Shown piece after piece: positions 36,044 to 49,340 of a stretch of DNA of 64,000 nt. Under the pieces are notes generated by a model. It searched no databases. It saw only the letters and a list, made by a program, of their open reading frames with translations, and had not been told where the DNA came from. A program made the translations under genes and the position numbers. The stretch lies in contig AP026134.1 in the NCBI GenBank assembly GCA_030295235.1, positions 310,001-374,000 of the forward strand, given 5' to 3'. This stretch comes from Fistulifera solaris. Taxonomy: Eukaryota. How positions within the stretch are numbered: position 1 is the stretch's first letter; every line of letters starts with the position of its first letter.

Positions 36044-36454
36044 ATGCGGCGGAAGCAAAACTATGTATTCTTCTTCGTGTCCTTATTTTCTTTTTTATTT
36101 GAGACAGTGCAAGGAACCGAAATCAAATGGAAAGGGACGTCGCAGGATGGCGACCCGGCCAAAACTGCACCCAAATCACAGCGCTATTGGGACCAACACA
36201 ACATTGCGCGACCCGACTATGCCAAGACGGATGCCGAGATAGCAACGGAACGCGGTGATGCCAACTATCCAGCAATCGTCATCTTGATCTTAATATTTGT
36301 AATAAGTGCCGTCTACTTCTTTCGAATGAAACACAATGGGCAACGTCTGGGAGGAACGAATGGGATATTATCACCATTTTCGCAACGAATGGATGAAGAA
36401 CGGGCGAGGGAGGCTCGATTAGCTCGTTTTGAAAAGCAGAGCAAGAATGATTGA
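36044..36454 (+). CDS. Small single-pass membrane protein (signal peptide + TM + basic tail)
   Basis: MRRKQNYVFFFVSLFSFLFETVQG leader, APKSQRYWDQHNIARPDYAKTDAE, TM AIVILILIFVISAVYFF, and GQRLGG...AREARLARF. Confidence 0.7.
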   Translation: MRRKQNYVFFFVSLFSFLFETVQGTEIKWKGTSQDGDPAKTAPKSQRYWDQHNIARPDYAKTDAEIATERGDANYPAIVILILIFVISAVYFFRMKHNGQRLGGTNGILSPFSQRMDEERAREARLARFEKQSKND

Positions 36455-37372
36455 TTTACTTTGGATGCAAGTAACCGCTCACAATCGCACCGACGACAAA
36501 GCCTTTCATCGATCTCACACTTGTGAGTAACGCTGTCTTTGATATTGATGAAGCGGTCCATGAGGGGGAAAGTTGATCATGCCCGCTCGCCGCTATGGTC
36601 TTCGCGAAACTGATTTCATCCAATTCAAATGACCGAGTTTTGTCGTTATATTGCCGATCTTTTGGGTAGTTACTCACGAATGGGGTATAAATAGATCATC
36701 AAGAATCTTGTTACGGTAGCTGGACGGCTATAAATTGCCTGACGTAGATGTAGATGTTTAGACGAGAGGACAGCTTTGGCGAGAAGGGTCTACCACTACC
36801 AGGTAATGATGATTGATGATGATGGGAAGATAATGTGGAGATGTGAGATGCCTCGAATCTTCTATACATCGCACCCTTGAAGTTATAGGTTAAAACTGTA
36901 TTACGTAGTGCAATTGTTCACAGTTACAGTTACAGTACCAAAACCAGATATTGTACCGTTAGCTCGCATTCCACATTCCACGGAACACGTAACAGACTGT
37001 ACAAATCCAATAAGTACGTAGTACTTTGAAGTGTCTCGGTAGTACGTAGTACGTTTAGTCCAAAGAAACCGATGGTTTCGGTTTTGGAGTTATTTATTAC
37101 TATCAATCCAGTACCGGTTACTTTCCCCGACTTCAAAGGTTATCTGGAATCTTGGTCGGAAAAGTGCTCAAACTACGTCACGCGAAACGCGAGCGAATGA
37201 GAACGGAGAATGGTGAGTTCCGACTTACGACGTTTCGACCGAACAAACGAAACAAAGAGAAAAATGGCGTCTGGGTCTGGGAGAAAGCTGATGCATATCG
37301 ATCAAGGATTTGATGTTCGAAAACCAAAGCTAACGAAGTATATTCTAAAAGTAACATTGACCCTCTCCAATA

Positions 37373-37960
37373 ATGACACTACGTCGAATTCAGAGTTTTT
37401 TCGGTAGACATCAGAATTGCTCCTCGACTCTGTCAGACCCCGAAATCTCCATTCTCGCCCACCACGAACAATATCCTTCGTGCTCGGACAAACCAAAACT
37501 GCATTCTACACTAGAAAACTCCTTTTCTACAGTAACTACACGAAAGCAGAGCTCCGTTTGCTTCTCGACCGTCCAAGAGCGTCAATACAATCGAATTCTA
37601 GGTGACAATCCCTCCTGCGAATGGCCTTTATCTCTGGGCTGGCACTGGGTGGAAGGAGCGCCCATTCCTCTACAGCAATACGAGTTGACCAACCATGAGG
37701 CCAATCCTACGTACACAGACGCGAAACGATACGAGGCACTCACTGGGGAGGAGCGTAAACTTGTATTACGCCATTCTACGGGGCTATCCGAGTCGCAAAT
37801 ACGACTGGAAGAGCGGAGACGGCGAATGCAATTGATCTTGGAAGTGTTTTCTTCTAGCTCATCTAAAACAAGTGCCAGTGCCTGTTCGGTTCTTCCTGCC
37901 AACGCGGAACGGCTGCTCGTCCGATACTCTTGCGAGCGAGGATTAAAGATTGGGAAATGA
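37373..37960 (+). CDS. Hypothetical protein with V(C/S)F...RILGDNPSC..PLSLGW motif
   Basis: 195-aa ATG ORF. The motif resembles a family I recall as common in diatom proteomes; function unknown. Confidence 0.65.
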   Translation: MTLRRIQSFFGRHQNCSSTLSDPEISILAHHEQYPSCSDKPKLHSTLENSFSTVTTRKQSSVCFSTVQERQYNRILGDNPSCEWPLSLGWHWVEGAPIPLQQYELTNHEANPTYTDAKRYEALTGEERKLVLRHSTGLSESQIRLEERRRRMQLILEVFSSSSSKTSASACSVLPANAERLLVRYSCERGLKIGK

Positions 37961-39034
37961 CCCCATGCGTTTTCTTTGAACAATCATGACAATGATTCAT
38001 TCATACTTTAGAACTTTATCCCCAGTGTATCCTGTTTACTTAAGGACACCTGGATTGCATTATGCGACGACAGCCAAGATTCGAAAGATCATGCGGATGC
38101 TTTGCTCAGGAATTACACTTTTGTGAATTGTAAGCACTCTATTTATTTTGATACTACATTTTCGATTATCTAAACCTTTTATTGGAACGAATAATATGTG
38201 TTATCACCGATAAGGAGCTTTCATGTAGGCTTAATGAAAAGAGTTTCACAAAAATTTTCAGCTATAGCTTTCGATGACCTGACCGCGATAAACCGTCAGT
38301 AAGTACCGGCACCTGGTAACGTAGCGTTCGTCGAGGAACAGGATTATGCTATCAATTGAGGAGGAGGTTTGTTGTTTCGAGGATCGGTGGGTCGAACCGA
38401 TTTTCCCATTGCTTCGTTGGAGGATTTATGGTCAGTCTAGTGCGATTGTATGATATATTTGCAGACGAGTCGATCGTACTCTCGGGACATACTACCCCTA
38501 CAACACTTGGGACGGAAAAACAATCCAATTTTTTGTACATAAAGCTTTGAGTATGTCAAAAGAGGAGTCGTCTTTGGAGTCGCTGATCGCTGATGCATAA
38601 AATGGGCTGAAACTCGTGGCAGGACTTTAGCTTTATTGGCTTTTTGTCGCTACGCAGAGTTTGCATTCAGGAGTTCAAGTTACCATTATGCTCAAACTAA
38701 ATGCTGCATTATGTAGTTGCAGATGACAACGCTAGAAGAACAAATGGCAAATAGCGAGCAAAGACTATTGGATTTTTTTAGCTTGAGGAATTTGATTTAT
38801 GACTGAAGTCCAGTCGTGATTTTCGAAAACTCACACTTGGGGTGATAGTGATAAGAGAAACTTACGACTGGAATTTCAGTCATGAGAAAAGGTCGTGTAC
38901 ACTTGGACCTATAGTACATAGTAAATAATGTCGCGAGCGATGATAACAGAAAAGCAACTACTGGCAAGCCGCAAAAGCATTTCATTCCGATGCAAAACAA
39001 GTTTCCATTTTCAAAAAGATAAACACTTATAAAA

Positions 39035-40126
39035 ATGACAGATGAAGAAGGAGGGAAACGAATTCTGCAGTACCGCCGGATCGCACAGCGTCCATGGGGG
39101 GCGCAATTGTGGGAAGACGTGCAATTGCTGTCACCCTTGACCTGGAGAGGAGCCGCCAGTATCGGAAAAGTCCAGTGGGAATGGAAGAAATTACTCCAAT
39201 CCGCTGCAGCCCTTGTATTATTGATTCCCCTTGCGTTTAAGAGGGAAAACTCAATGCCACAGATTCTTCCGCGTTATTCTGTTATCAGTCTGTCGTCGAT
39301 TTGGTCCGTGGCGTGGTTGTGGAGGGGAACTACCGGTATTCGAACGGTCTGGCACAAAACGTTTACCTTCAGTCGATGGTCGGAGATGTTGGGTCTTCCA
39401 TCGACCCGGTCAGTGGCCGAGGAAGATGCGTGGCGTGTCTTGTCGGAACGAATCACGCAACAACGTGCCTATCGGACGCGGAGGTATGATGTCTACTTGC
39501 CTCCACTATTGACGGGACGGGCGCTGGAAGCGATTATGTTCCTTCCTGGGTTCGGTGTCGAACATGTGGCGTATGCCGAGTCGGCGGCGCGATTGGCGGA
39601 TGCCGGATGGGTGGTGGTTGTCGTGTCGGCGGAGCCTTTGCGGATTGCCTCGAAAGGACTGGGGTTTGCCTCATCGAGAATACGAGATATTCCGTATCTT
39701 GTTTGCAAAGAATTGAATGTACCCCTATCGTGGAGTGTCATCGGACACTCGTTGGGGTCATTCACGGCGACACATGTTTCCTTGGAGCTCGACATTCCTC
39801 GAGTCGTTCTTTGGGGCTCAGCTCCTATGGATGATCTCATTGCTGATTTATCGAATTTGAACAAAAGAGTTCTTGTCTTGCAAGGTTCCGAAGACAAGGT
39901 CATTCAATTTATGGTACCGGATGAACAAGTCCGGCAACAACAAACAGATAACTTTTACCGTAAATTGCCGACAAACACCATTACCAAAATGATTGAAGGA
40001 GGAACTCACAAAGGTTTTGGAAGCTATACACCTGCGTTCTCGATTGAAAAGTCATCAGGAATACCTCGGAGTGAACAACAATTTCAGGCAGTAGCGTTAA
40101 CTGTTGATTTTTTGCGAAATGTTTAA
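39035..40126 (+). CDS. Alpha/beta-fold hydrolase
   Basis: FLPGFG oxyanion loop, GHSLG nucleophile elbow, GSED (Asp) and GGTHKGFG (His). Confidence 0.88.
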   Translation: MTDEEGGKRILQYRRIAQRPWGAQLWEDVQLLSPLTWRGAASIGKVQWEWKKLLQSAAALVLLIPLAFKRENSMPQILPRYSVISLSSIWSVAWLWRGTTGIRTVWHKTFTFSRWSEMLGLPSTRSVAEEDAWRVLSERITQQRAYRTRRYDVYLPPLLTGRALEAIMFLPGFGVEHVAYAESAARLADAGWVVVVVSAEPLRIASKGLGFASSRIRDIPYLVCKELNVPLSWSVIGHSLGSFTATHVSLELDIPRVVLWGSAPMDDLIADLSNLNKRVLVLQGSEDKVIQFMVPDEQVRQQQTDNFYRKLPTNTITKMIEGGTHKGFGSYTPAFSIEKSSGIPRSEQQFQAVALTVDFLRNV

Positions 40127-40233
40127 TGCTTATAAATAATGGTGTTTGCAATCGTAATGTCACATTCGATTTGTCTATTTGCAGCATTCTACTTCTACTT
40201 CTACCGACCAATCATTTTCGACTTCGAGTCAAA

Positions 40234-41494
40234 TCACTTGTCACGGCAGCACTGTCGAATGTCGTTGATAAAGTTGGTGGCCGCTTGCAACCCGATACGC
40301 TTTGCAATCATCATAGGCACGAAAGGTGACCGAATATGGTTGACGGCAATCAAAAGACAGCGCCGATCGTCTCCAGGGATTCGCCATATGACATTGATGC
40401 CCAGTAAAATCTCTGATTTCAATGCGGTGGCCGATCCGAAGGGAGATTCGACCGCGCGAGTGACCAGCTTGTATCCAGCCTCCGTTTCACGAGCGTGCAT
40501 CAAACTGGTGAATTGCAACGTTTTGCGCATAATTGTCGTTTGGCTTGTCATCACCTTAGTAATTCCTCCAAAAGGACCATCAGAACTGAGAGATTCCTGT
40601 AAAATGAGCTCATCGGTCCGCCCCAAACTGAGTTTATTGTATTCATGTACGCGATTGGAATCCACCAAAAGTTGCATCAAGTCTTTGGCGGACGTGGGAA
40701 CGATCCCTGCCACTCGAACGGCCGGTATTTCACTACCGTACCCACCTCCACTGAAGGTGGTTGACCAAACGAATATACGATCGTCTTCCGCTGATCCAGC
40801 TTGGGGAAAATTCTTCCATACGCCGTTGGCATCGTCATTCGGTGATTTCCAAGTACATTGATCCCAGCCATTTTCATTTTGTTCAATCCACTTTGCCGTA
40901 CTCGCATCGGGGAGTCCATTTGGATGCGGATCCCGACAATTGATGCGCCGATTGCACCAGCGCCGCGACCGCAAAGGGAGCAATCGGAGCGTGACAGCCG
41001 TCCCCATTGTCCAGCGCAATCCACTGCTCGCGAGGATCATGTGATACTCCCGGTGGCGGATCTGCGGCAGGATGATGAAAATTTGGGAAAGAGTCTTCCG
41101 AACAGTGTTGTTCGTCCAGTGTCTCGGAAGAAGAGGACATGCTGGGGGCGCTGCCTTCGATGTTGAGATCGGAGACTCTTAAAAAAGAAGAAGAACTTCG
41201 AATGAATTTCGGGGGCTTCGATGGCGCGCTTCCATTACTATCTGTATCAGGTAGGGATATATTCTCTAGAGCCTTCGCTACTAGATCCGTCTCCTCGTTC
41301 GCAGACTGTCGTTGCGTCGGACTCGGAGGGTTGGACGAAGAAAAGCTCTCCACGGCCTCACAGTCCAGCGTCAAACCTCCCGATCCTAGCGACATACTAA
41401 TTGATGCTCTGGTTATCTCTGAAGGACCCTTTTTCTTTGATGTAAACAATCTCATGGACTTCATTCCGCTCGTTCTCATACACCAGTGAAACAA
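40234..41494 (-). CDS. START (lipid-binding) domain protein; frameshift ~41000-41040
   Basis: LMQLLVDSNRVHEYNKLSLGR and SEILLGINVIWRI helix-grip START-like fold, after a Ser-rich N-terminus. Convergent with the hydrolase. Confidence 0.72.
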
Positions 41495-41982
41495 TGAACT
41501 CCACCGTCTCGCATCTCCATGATTTTTTTCGCATACACATCAGAAAAGGAAACGTTGGCACGGTCGAGCCATAAAGTAGGATCTAAACGGAAACGCGGAA
41601 CATACAAGTAGTACCAGGTAAGAGACGCAGTTTTTCAAATTTTCTGTTGCACAATGGAGTGTCTTTTGAATTGTAGATTTTCTTTGAAATGATACCGGAC
41701 AGACAAATGGTGTTCCTCACTGTGTAGACCTGTATTGTATCAGTGATCAGTGTCTTTTGAATCAGACTCACTTGGAATGTGACATGTGACCCGTGACTGA
41801 GCGGATCTTATCGTGACTGGAACGACGACCTGGTGTGCGACACGGCGGAGCCGGAAAAAGCAAAGGGGTAAGTTTTATTGTTGTAGTAGTAGTTGTCGCT
41901 CATTTGCTCCGACAGGAGAGTCTTTTCATGTAAACTCGGCAAAAGAGCGCATCAGAATAGCAATTAGTCAATAACGACAAAA

Positions 41983-44900
41983 ATGGAGACGCCGGAAGAA
42001 ATTGTCATGGATGAGGATCAGTTGAAGGCGTATCATGAAGCCAGCGCTATCCTGCAAACGACGACTAGCTTTTTAGCTCCTCTCTTCTCGGTGGTACCCG
42101 TCCAGGAAGGGATTCCCTCGGAAGAAGCACCAAGATCTCCATCTTCCGATGTACGACGTAGAAGTCCGTTTCGCCTCGAATCGACAACCGGCAGTCCGGC
42201 ACGCCCTTCGTGGTTCAATGATATGGGAAACTTGACTCGAAATCAGCCTCTGCAAGATGCTTTGAAGCAGCTGGAAGGACTCGAAAAAGAAGAAGCTTGT
42301 TTAGTCGAACGGTCCGACCTGAGTCGGAAGCTCACTCAGGTCCTTACGGACGAATTGTATCAAGATACGACCGAAGCGTTGCGTCGCCTGACCGTCTTGG
42401 GCGAAGCTGTACCGCGACGTGTCTGTCAGCACCCTTTTCGGAAAAACGATATTGTATGGGTGTGTCGCACTTGTCAAGCGGACGAAACCTGTGTTCTCTG
42501 TCATACTTGCTTCTCTCAGTCGGACCACGCTGGTCACGATGTGAATTTCTACCACGCTCAAGCCGGAGGATGTTGCGATTGCGGAGATCCGGATGGTAAG
42601 TCGCTTTTCGAAATAATGTCTCGAGTCAACTGAGAGCGCGATGACTCACTCTTTCTTAGCCTGGGATCCCGCTGGCTTTTGTCCTTTCCACGGACCCAAC
42701 GCCGCGTGTTCTTCGTCGGATCCAGGAGCACTACCACCCTCGTTGGTCAATCGAGTGCGCGGAGTGGTGCCGGCGGTGGTCGACTGGCTCGTTCTTACCA
42801 TTGCCGAAAATGCCGAGAAAGCCTATGCTCGTGTCAACTCTGGGTTGCCACTCGACACGGATATGGAAATTATGGATGTCGATGATATGATGGTTTCCCC
42901 GAGATCGCACATTTTTTCTCCAACGGCCGCATCAACGAACCGATCGCAGAGAGATGAGTTGTCTTTGTCTGCAAACAATGAAGTTGCTCATTCCATAGGG
43001 CAGTTGGGTTCCACTGGTCGTGGATTATTCCTTGTACTGCATGCGGATGACATACATGTGAAGTCACAAGTTGTAGAAGCGTTACGTCATTTCTGGGGCA
43101 CTAGTATGTTTATTTCCGATATGCTTCTCAATCGAATGGTCGATGCACTGAAACAATATGGCCAGTTGGTCATTTGGGGGACGTCAGATGTTTGCGCGGG
43201 GTTGACTTCAGCTCAAGCGCACCTTTGGATGGACGGTGACAAAGTGGCGTGTACGAGAGTGGGCGAAATCATGCTGGAGCGGGCATATCGGCTCTTGCGA
43301 CACGGCATGTTCTGCAGTATAGTGACGTACGATGAATTGCTGCTAGAGCAACAGGCTGTGGGAATCTTACAGTGGCTCTCCATTGTTGCTCGAAGCTGTG
43401 ACCCGCTGTGTGTAGAAGTCGCTGAATGCATTCTGCCGAACAGACATTTAGTACCTTTGCTTCGGTCCGATTTCAAGATGAGCTCCCGCGTGACGAAGGC
43501 TTGGTATGCTTTGCTGCTTACATTATTGGCTGTCCCTACTTTTAAATCCCATCTTGCGGCAGCGTACTGCGACACGTATGCTGATGTCACCTCGAAGTAC
43601 GCGCGTGGGATGGGCGTTTTGGAACGCAGCGGGTACACCCTCTCCGTTCAATTCCTCAACCGTGTAACCTATGTCATTGATTTAGTTCAAAGTCGAGATC
43701 TTTTAGGAAAACTCGGCGAGTCGCTTTTGGAAACGATGAAAGTCGCGACAAAATCGCAACAGTACAACGGGCGACTGGATCCTAATCATTTTGTCCTTGC
43801 CCACCGTCGCTATTCGCCATGTGTTTCGGATCTGAAGTGTGTACTTAATGTTGCTGGTATGCCCCGCGTTGCTTGTTGCGCCAAAACCACATTTCTCAAA
43901 GACTGGGTTGCGACTCTCGCCATCGCCCAGTTCATGGATCCCCAGTCTTGGAGAAACTGGAACCAAGGCCATGTTGAAGACGAATCCAGAGGCTGGGTTG
44001 GAGCGTTCAACGCAAGTATATCCTTAGGGAGTTTGTTTGAACGCTTGCTAGGGTGGCAGGATGACGATGAATGCCCTATCAAAGATTCTAATTCACCGCT
44101 CTCGAAGGACTTGATGACTTTCGTCGACTTGACATTTTATATCGTCGTGAAAGGTATAGGACCGTGGCAGCTCAAAGAAGCAGAATCGTATCAAGCTACT
44201 ACGCTGTCGTCGTCGATTCCACCACACAAGCGGTGCTCCCGCAGTCTCCCCCTTTTCGACGATTGCTTCGAAGAGAGGAACACCCCTCGCTATGCGTCAC
44301 TTACCAGTGTCCCAAATGACACCATTCAGTTTCCATCTGCCTCTTCACCGCTTTGCGGCGAGTGCGATGCGAGAATTGTGTCTTCGAAAAGATGATTCCA
44401 ATTCCGGCATGTACAATCTCATGCAGCGCCTTCGCGCAGAGGTTCAAGATGATACAACGGATCATCTCTTTTTGGGGCTAATGGAGTTTCCGTTGCTTGT
44501 TCTTTCTAGAGTTGCCCAAATTAGATCGGATTTATGGAGGAGGAACGGTCCGAATTTGACCGATCAAGTACTTAACTACCAAGAGCCTCCATTTTGTCGA
44601 AATATGAGGGACAATGATCTTTTATTGGTCCAATTTGCTGTTCTTGGTCGGAATCGATGCCTTAGTCGATTGATTACACGAGACAACTCAGAGGTGGGGA
44701 TGGGGTTTTTGACGAACTTGCTGCTCCACCGATTGGGTATCTTTGATTTTGTAGGCTTTTTCATGGCCCCAAATAGTGACACAGAGAAATATAAACAAGA
44801 AGCAGATTCTGGCCTCTATCCTGGGGAAGAAGCTGTACCAGACGCATTTTCAAAAGATACACCACTTCCGTGGACGTATAGCCCCGCTAGAGACATTTCG

Positions 44901-47900
44901 GCTCGGATGAAACTTCTTGAAGAATATCTTCATTTTATGATCGTCTTTATTTCCGAGCTGCCCCCTGTGGTGCCCAAGAACAAGGCTGAACAAACAGAAC
45001 AGGCGAAGCACAGGCTTTTCAGGGAAGTTATTCATAGGCTAGCTTCTGGTCCGAAAACTCATAGTGAACTGTCGGAGGTGCACCACGTACTATCGCATTG
45101 GGATAACGTATTGTTGAGCGAAGAAGGGAAGTTAGTTAACCCTGATGACGCAACGGGTGCTGCTCTCGCGGCTGTGTTAAGCGACGTAGCTGATCGGAGG
45201 GTGAGCCGAGGAGGAAAACCGGAACCAGATAAGTGGGAGCTTAGGAAGACTGCTTGGGCTGCTTATGATCCAGCCTTCTTTCACATAAGTACTAGGCATC
45301 ACCAAGTTGCCGCAGAAAGTAGGCCAAAACCAAATCTTGACCCGTCTGGCCAGTACAAATGGGAAGCTGCGCCTTTTTCTCCGATACCTGCTAATACCCA
45401 CCAGTGCTTTACTCGACTTCGAAGAGATGCAACGGCGGATGCGTGCGTTTTAGCATTGGCCTATAAGGTTTTGCATCTTCATTTCCGGAGTGACTCTGGG
45501 AAAGAACTTTCAGATCTCAGGGGTAGGGAGATGTACGAGGATAAGGAAATGAGTGAAACAGCTGTAGCTCGTGTGGTGCATCTGCTGACCTTGGCTGCGT
45601 ATGCTTGGGATGGCGCTGACAGCTCAAACAAAAAGTGGAGAGAAGAAGGAGGGGGTCCGCTGGCAGCATTTTCTTCCATTGGCAAGCAGAAACTGCACCG
45701 ACTGTCACTGATTGGATAAACGATTACCTTCTAGAGGATCCTAGTGTACTCCTTGATTGTGACTGGTATAAAGGTGAAGAAAGCGCATTTGTGCTTTTGC
45801 AAAAACTCGCTAAAAGCGGAGGTGAAAACGGTTCGTTTATCGCTCAAGATGCATCGCTGAGATCCGGCGCAGCATGGATATGCTCTTTTGCTTCGAGGCG
45901 GTCAAGGCGAGCCGCTTCCAATTTACTAGGTAAAAATTCAAGTGATGGATTGATTGGTAAAAAGGAGAACGCAGCACTTGACATTGAGACGAGAAAGAGA
46001 CTAGCAAAGGAAAAAGCGCTTGCCAGAATGAACGCACAAGCAGCCAAGTTTGCCTCTATGATGGATGTCAAGCTGGGAGATAACGAAGAAAGCCCAGATC
46101 AATTTATGGGTATTGATAACAACGCGTCTGCGTCTAGCCCAGTGACTCCCAATAGACCCATTCGAGCAGGAAGTTTTGGCTCTTCTCTTAGTTCTGCGTC
46201 TAGTATGAGTTTGACGTTAGGGGACAGCGATGGCCCCAATGTACCAAATTTTGTCTCCCTTGCTTCTGATGTGCGAAATATTGATTTGGCAACAATTCCT
46301 CAGCGTTTGCTTCAGTGTCGACCGCGCTGCATTATTTGCAATGACGAAGAACACGTTGAAGCCAGACAATTTGAGCGAGTCAATCTTGATGAAAATGACG
46401 ATGGAGAGAGCCAAAGGAAAAAGAGTCGTCGACGTGGTGATAACGCTCTTGGTTTCGTTGGATACGCGCAGGCAAGTACCGTATTGAAAGGTGGAGGAGG
46501 CCCCCCTCCAGGGCTAGACTTAGCAGAGTCTGCTGTACGCGGGTTTGTTGGAACGCACGTTGCTTTATGTGGCCATGCAGTTCATTTTGAGTGTTGCGAA
46601 TCGTACCTTGCAACAGTGTCGCACAGAGAAGATCGAGCGATTGGAAAGAGAGATGAATTTCGTTGTCCACTTTGTCAGCGCCTGAGTAATTGTTTGGTTC
46701 CATTCATAGATGTTGGGGTTGACTGGATCGAATCCCCTACGATTGACCCGTCTGTGGGCGAGCCCAAACATCAGCAATCACCTATGATCGACTACTGTTC
46801 TCAGGATCCCATGGCGATTGATAGTACTTCCCACCAAGGAGTATCGCGTCGCACATGTCTGAATGATTTCTTGGAGTGCACCAACTGGTGGGTGTCGAAG
46901 CATAATGCGCACTATGGATGGGATGGACATAGCGCGTTTGTCGATAAAATGGCTCTCTTTCCGACAGTGTCCGATCATCCTGAAAACCTTTTCAAGAAAC
47001 CGGCACGAAAGCTCAGGTCACTCAAAAAGAAAGATCTTTACGCCGCTTGGAATGCAATGATGAGAACTCCACGATACGTCAAACGTAGACTGCGCCCTCG
47101 ATCGGCAACGTTACGAAACGAAGAAAATTCAAGCATCCATAGTTCAGATATCGCGATTAGTGAGGAATCGTCTGGAGAAACAGTGGTTTGGCGGCGATTT
47201 CTAGATCAGATCACTGATATCGGCTACAAAGCGGATAGTAGACGTTTGGGGGAGGAACAGTTTCAAAGGTTATTTGGAGAATTTCGACATTTTGTCGCTG
47301 AAAAGCATGCCTATAATACGTTACGAAATGTTGGGACCAACAGAGAAACAAGAGATGTACGTTGTTTCAGTTGTCAGCTCGCTTGTTCCTCATTTTCGTC
47401 TAATCTTGCCTCCAAAAGTGGCCATCCTGCATGTTTGAGGAACCTCTGTCAGACCAAAAAAGGCAGGAAATGTCTAGAGAAAAGCTCTTGGCGAAACTTT
47501 TTATGACAATTCAGTCTTTTGCGTATAGTGCGTGTTGCGAGATGCATGATGCGAAACGGGCTTACCAAAGAAGCCAGTCTGTCAGAGAATTAAGACAGAA
47601 CGTGGGCATCGAATCGATTTTCGCTCGATATGGAATCAGCCGAATCGACTGCGCAGGAAATTTTGTCCTGCTTCCTCTTCCAACAGCCGTCAAGGACTCC
47701 GGGGAGCAACCCTTTGAAGGTCGCTTAGGAAAACTTAGATACTTAGCATTGGCGATTATGAGTGCTGCAGGTGCGGTATCAGCCGATCTGATTCAATTAT
47801 CTTTGGGATTCCCTACCGACTCTGCATTTGAAGCGGCTTGCCAAAAGGATTACCGATGAGAGCTCCGATTGTGTACCCTCTTTGCTGGGCCATGTAATGA

Positions 47901-49340
47901 CGCACGTAGTCGCAGCCATGTTTGCCACATGTGGAAGAGCGCGAGCTCTCGGTGACTCCATCGAGACATGGCAAGTTCCGGTGCATGGTGAAAGTATTGC
48001 TTTGTCGTCGTCACTACCACATAGCGACACAAAGCGTATTGACACGGTAGTTGACGACTGTGAAAACTTCATCAAACTAGGCATGCTTGCGCGCGTACAA
48101 CAATTCTTGTTTGGTAAACTCGAGTTTCCGGTCCGTGGAGCCTCTAACATCGAGTCTTTCTTAAAAGCCCTCGACTCTTCACTGAATGCGCTTGTTAAGG
48201 AAACACCGGATCTTGAGAGAGAATGGATGAAGCTGTGTGTAGATATAGTGCAGATATCTTTGAAAGATACCACAACGCGTTCTTCTGAGGAAGTAGCTGC
48301 ATTGCCAACTCCTCAACAATTGAAGAACGCTTGCCATTGTGCCTGCGATGTCGCTTGCTCTTTCGTTGCTGAGCTCTGTACGATTCTCCAGCTTCTCGTT
48401 CCTGGCATATCCGTAAAATACAGTGGATATAGAACGGGAGAAGGTATTGAGATTGAGGCGACCCCATTCAGTATGATGGATGAATTACGAAACCGAATAG
48501 GTTTCGAGCGGATGAGCGAAATGATTGAAGGAAAGCTGGTGCAACAAATGATAGCGTTTTGGTACGAGTCTGCGAATGACTTTGCGCTCGAGGCGATCAA
48601 AGCAAATGTTGCTGCGACTCCGGAACTTGCTGCTTATTTGCGTAAAACACAAGGCTTTCGTCATCTCGACTGGCCCTCGGTTTGCTCTCTTGATTCCTCC
48701 GAAAGTAGAAAAGCATTCACAGCAGCGAAAGGAATCGAAAGTGTGGAATCATCCAACGGGCAGCCACAGTTCACTCTGCCCTCGGAATCTGAAGAATTGT
48801 TAGCCCGGTTGAATAGTCCTGTGTATGATCCGTATCGCGAGTCTGGGCCAGTCCTAGTCACATTTAGCTCGAAAAAAGCGTTCCCCTCCTCGGCGGAGTC
48901 AGCATGGACGCTACCAAAGCTTTCAAATCGCCCAGAGTAGTAGCGCTACCAACTTCATACACCGACTTATACGCCGAGCTGGGATCGATCATGCCAGATT
49001 GCGAGCAAACTGCGGTGTGCCTAATTTGTGGATTAACCCTTAACGCCGGCGGAAAGGGTGAATGTACGCGCCATTCGTATCACTGCGGCGCCGGCGCCGG
49101 AATGTTCTTTTGTTACAGGAATGCAGTGGACTGATTATGCACAAGTCCAAGGCAGCCTACATCCATAGTCCCTATGTGGACAGTCATGGAGAAACGCCTC
49201 AGTACCGTGGACGTCCGCTGAACCTCGACTTAGATCGGTATAATCACCTGGGTGAAATTTGGTTCGGTCATGGTGTCCGGCAACAAGTTGTCGCCGAGCG
49301 AGGAAGCTCCCGACAGGTCATTCTTCCCGATTTTTACTAG
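41983..49340 (+). CDS. UBR1: UBR1/PRT6-type E3 ubiquitin ligase (N-recognin)
   Basis: UBR box CRTCQADETCVLCHTCF...GGCCDCGD, SVQF, SFHLPLHR, split RING (CIIC...CGHAVHFEC...FRCPLCQRLSN) and C-terminal AVCLICG...SPYVDSHGE...RGRPL. Introns 42596-42659 and ~47357-47418; several frameshifts. Confidence 0.92.

Noticed and set aside
38340..38560. Short coding-like ORFs in the 38-39 kb intergenic region
   Set aside because: Under 70 aa, no recognisable motif or gene structure.
40139..40861. 240-aa plus-strand ORF
   Set aside because: Antisense to the START-domain gene.
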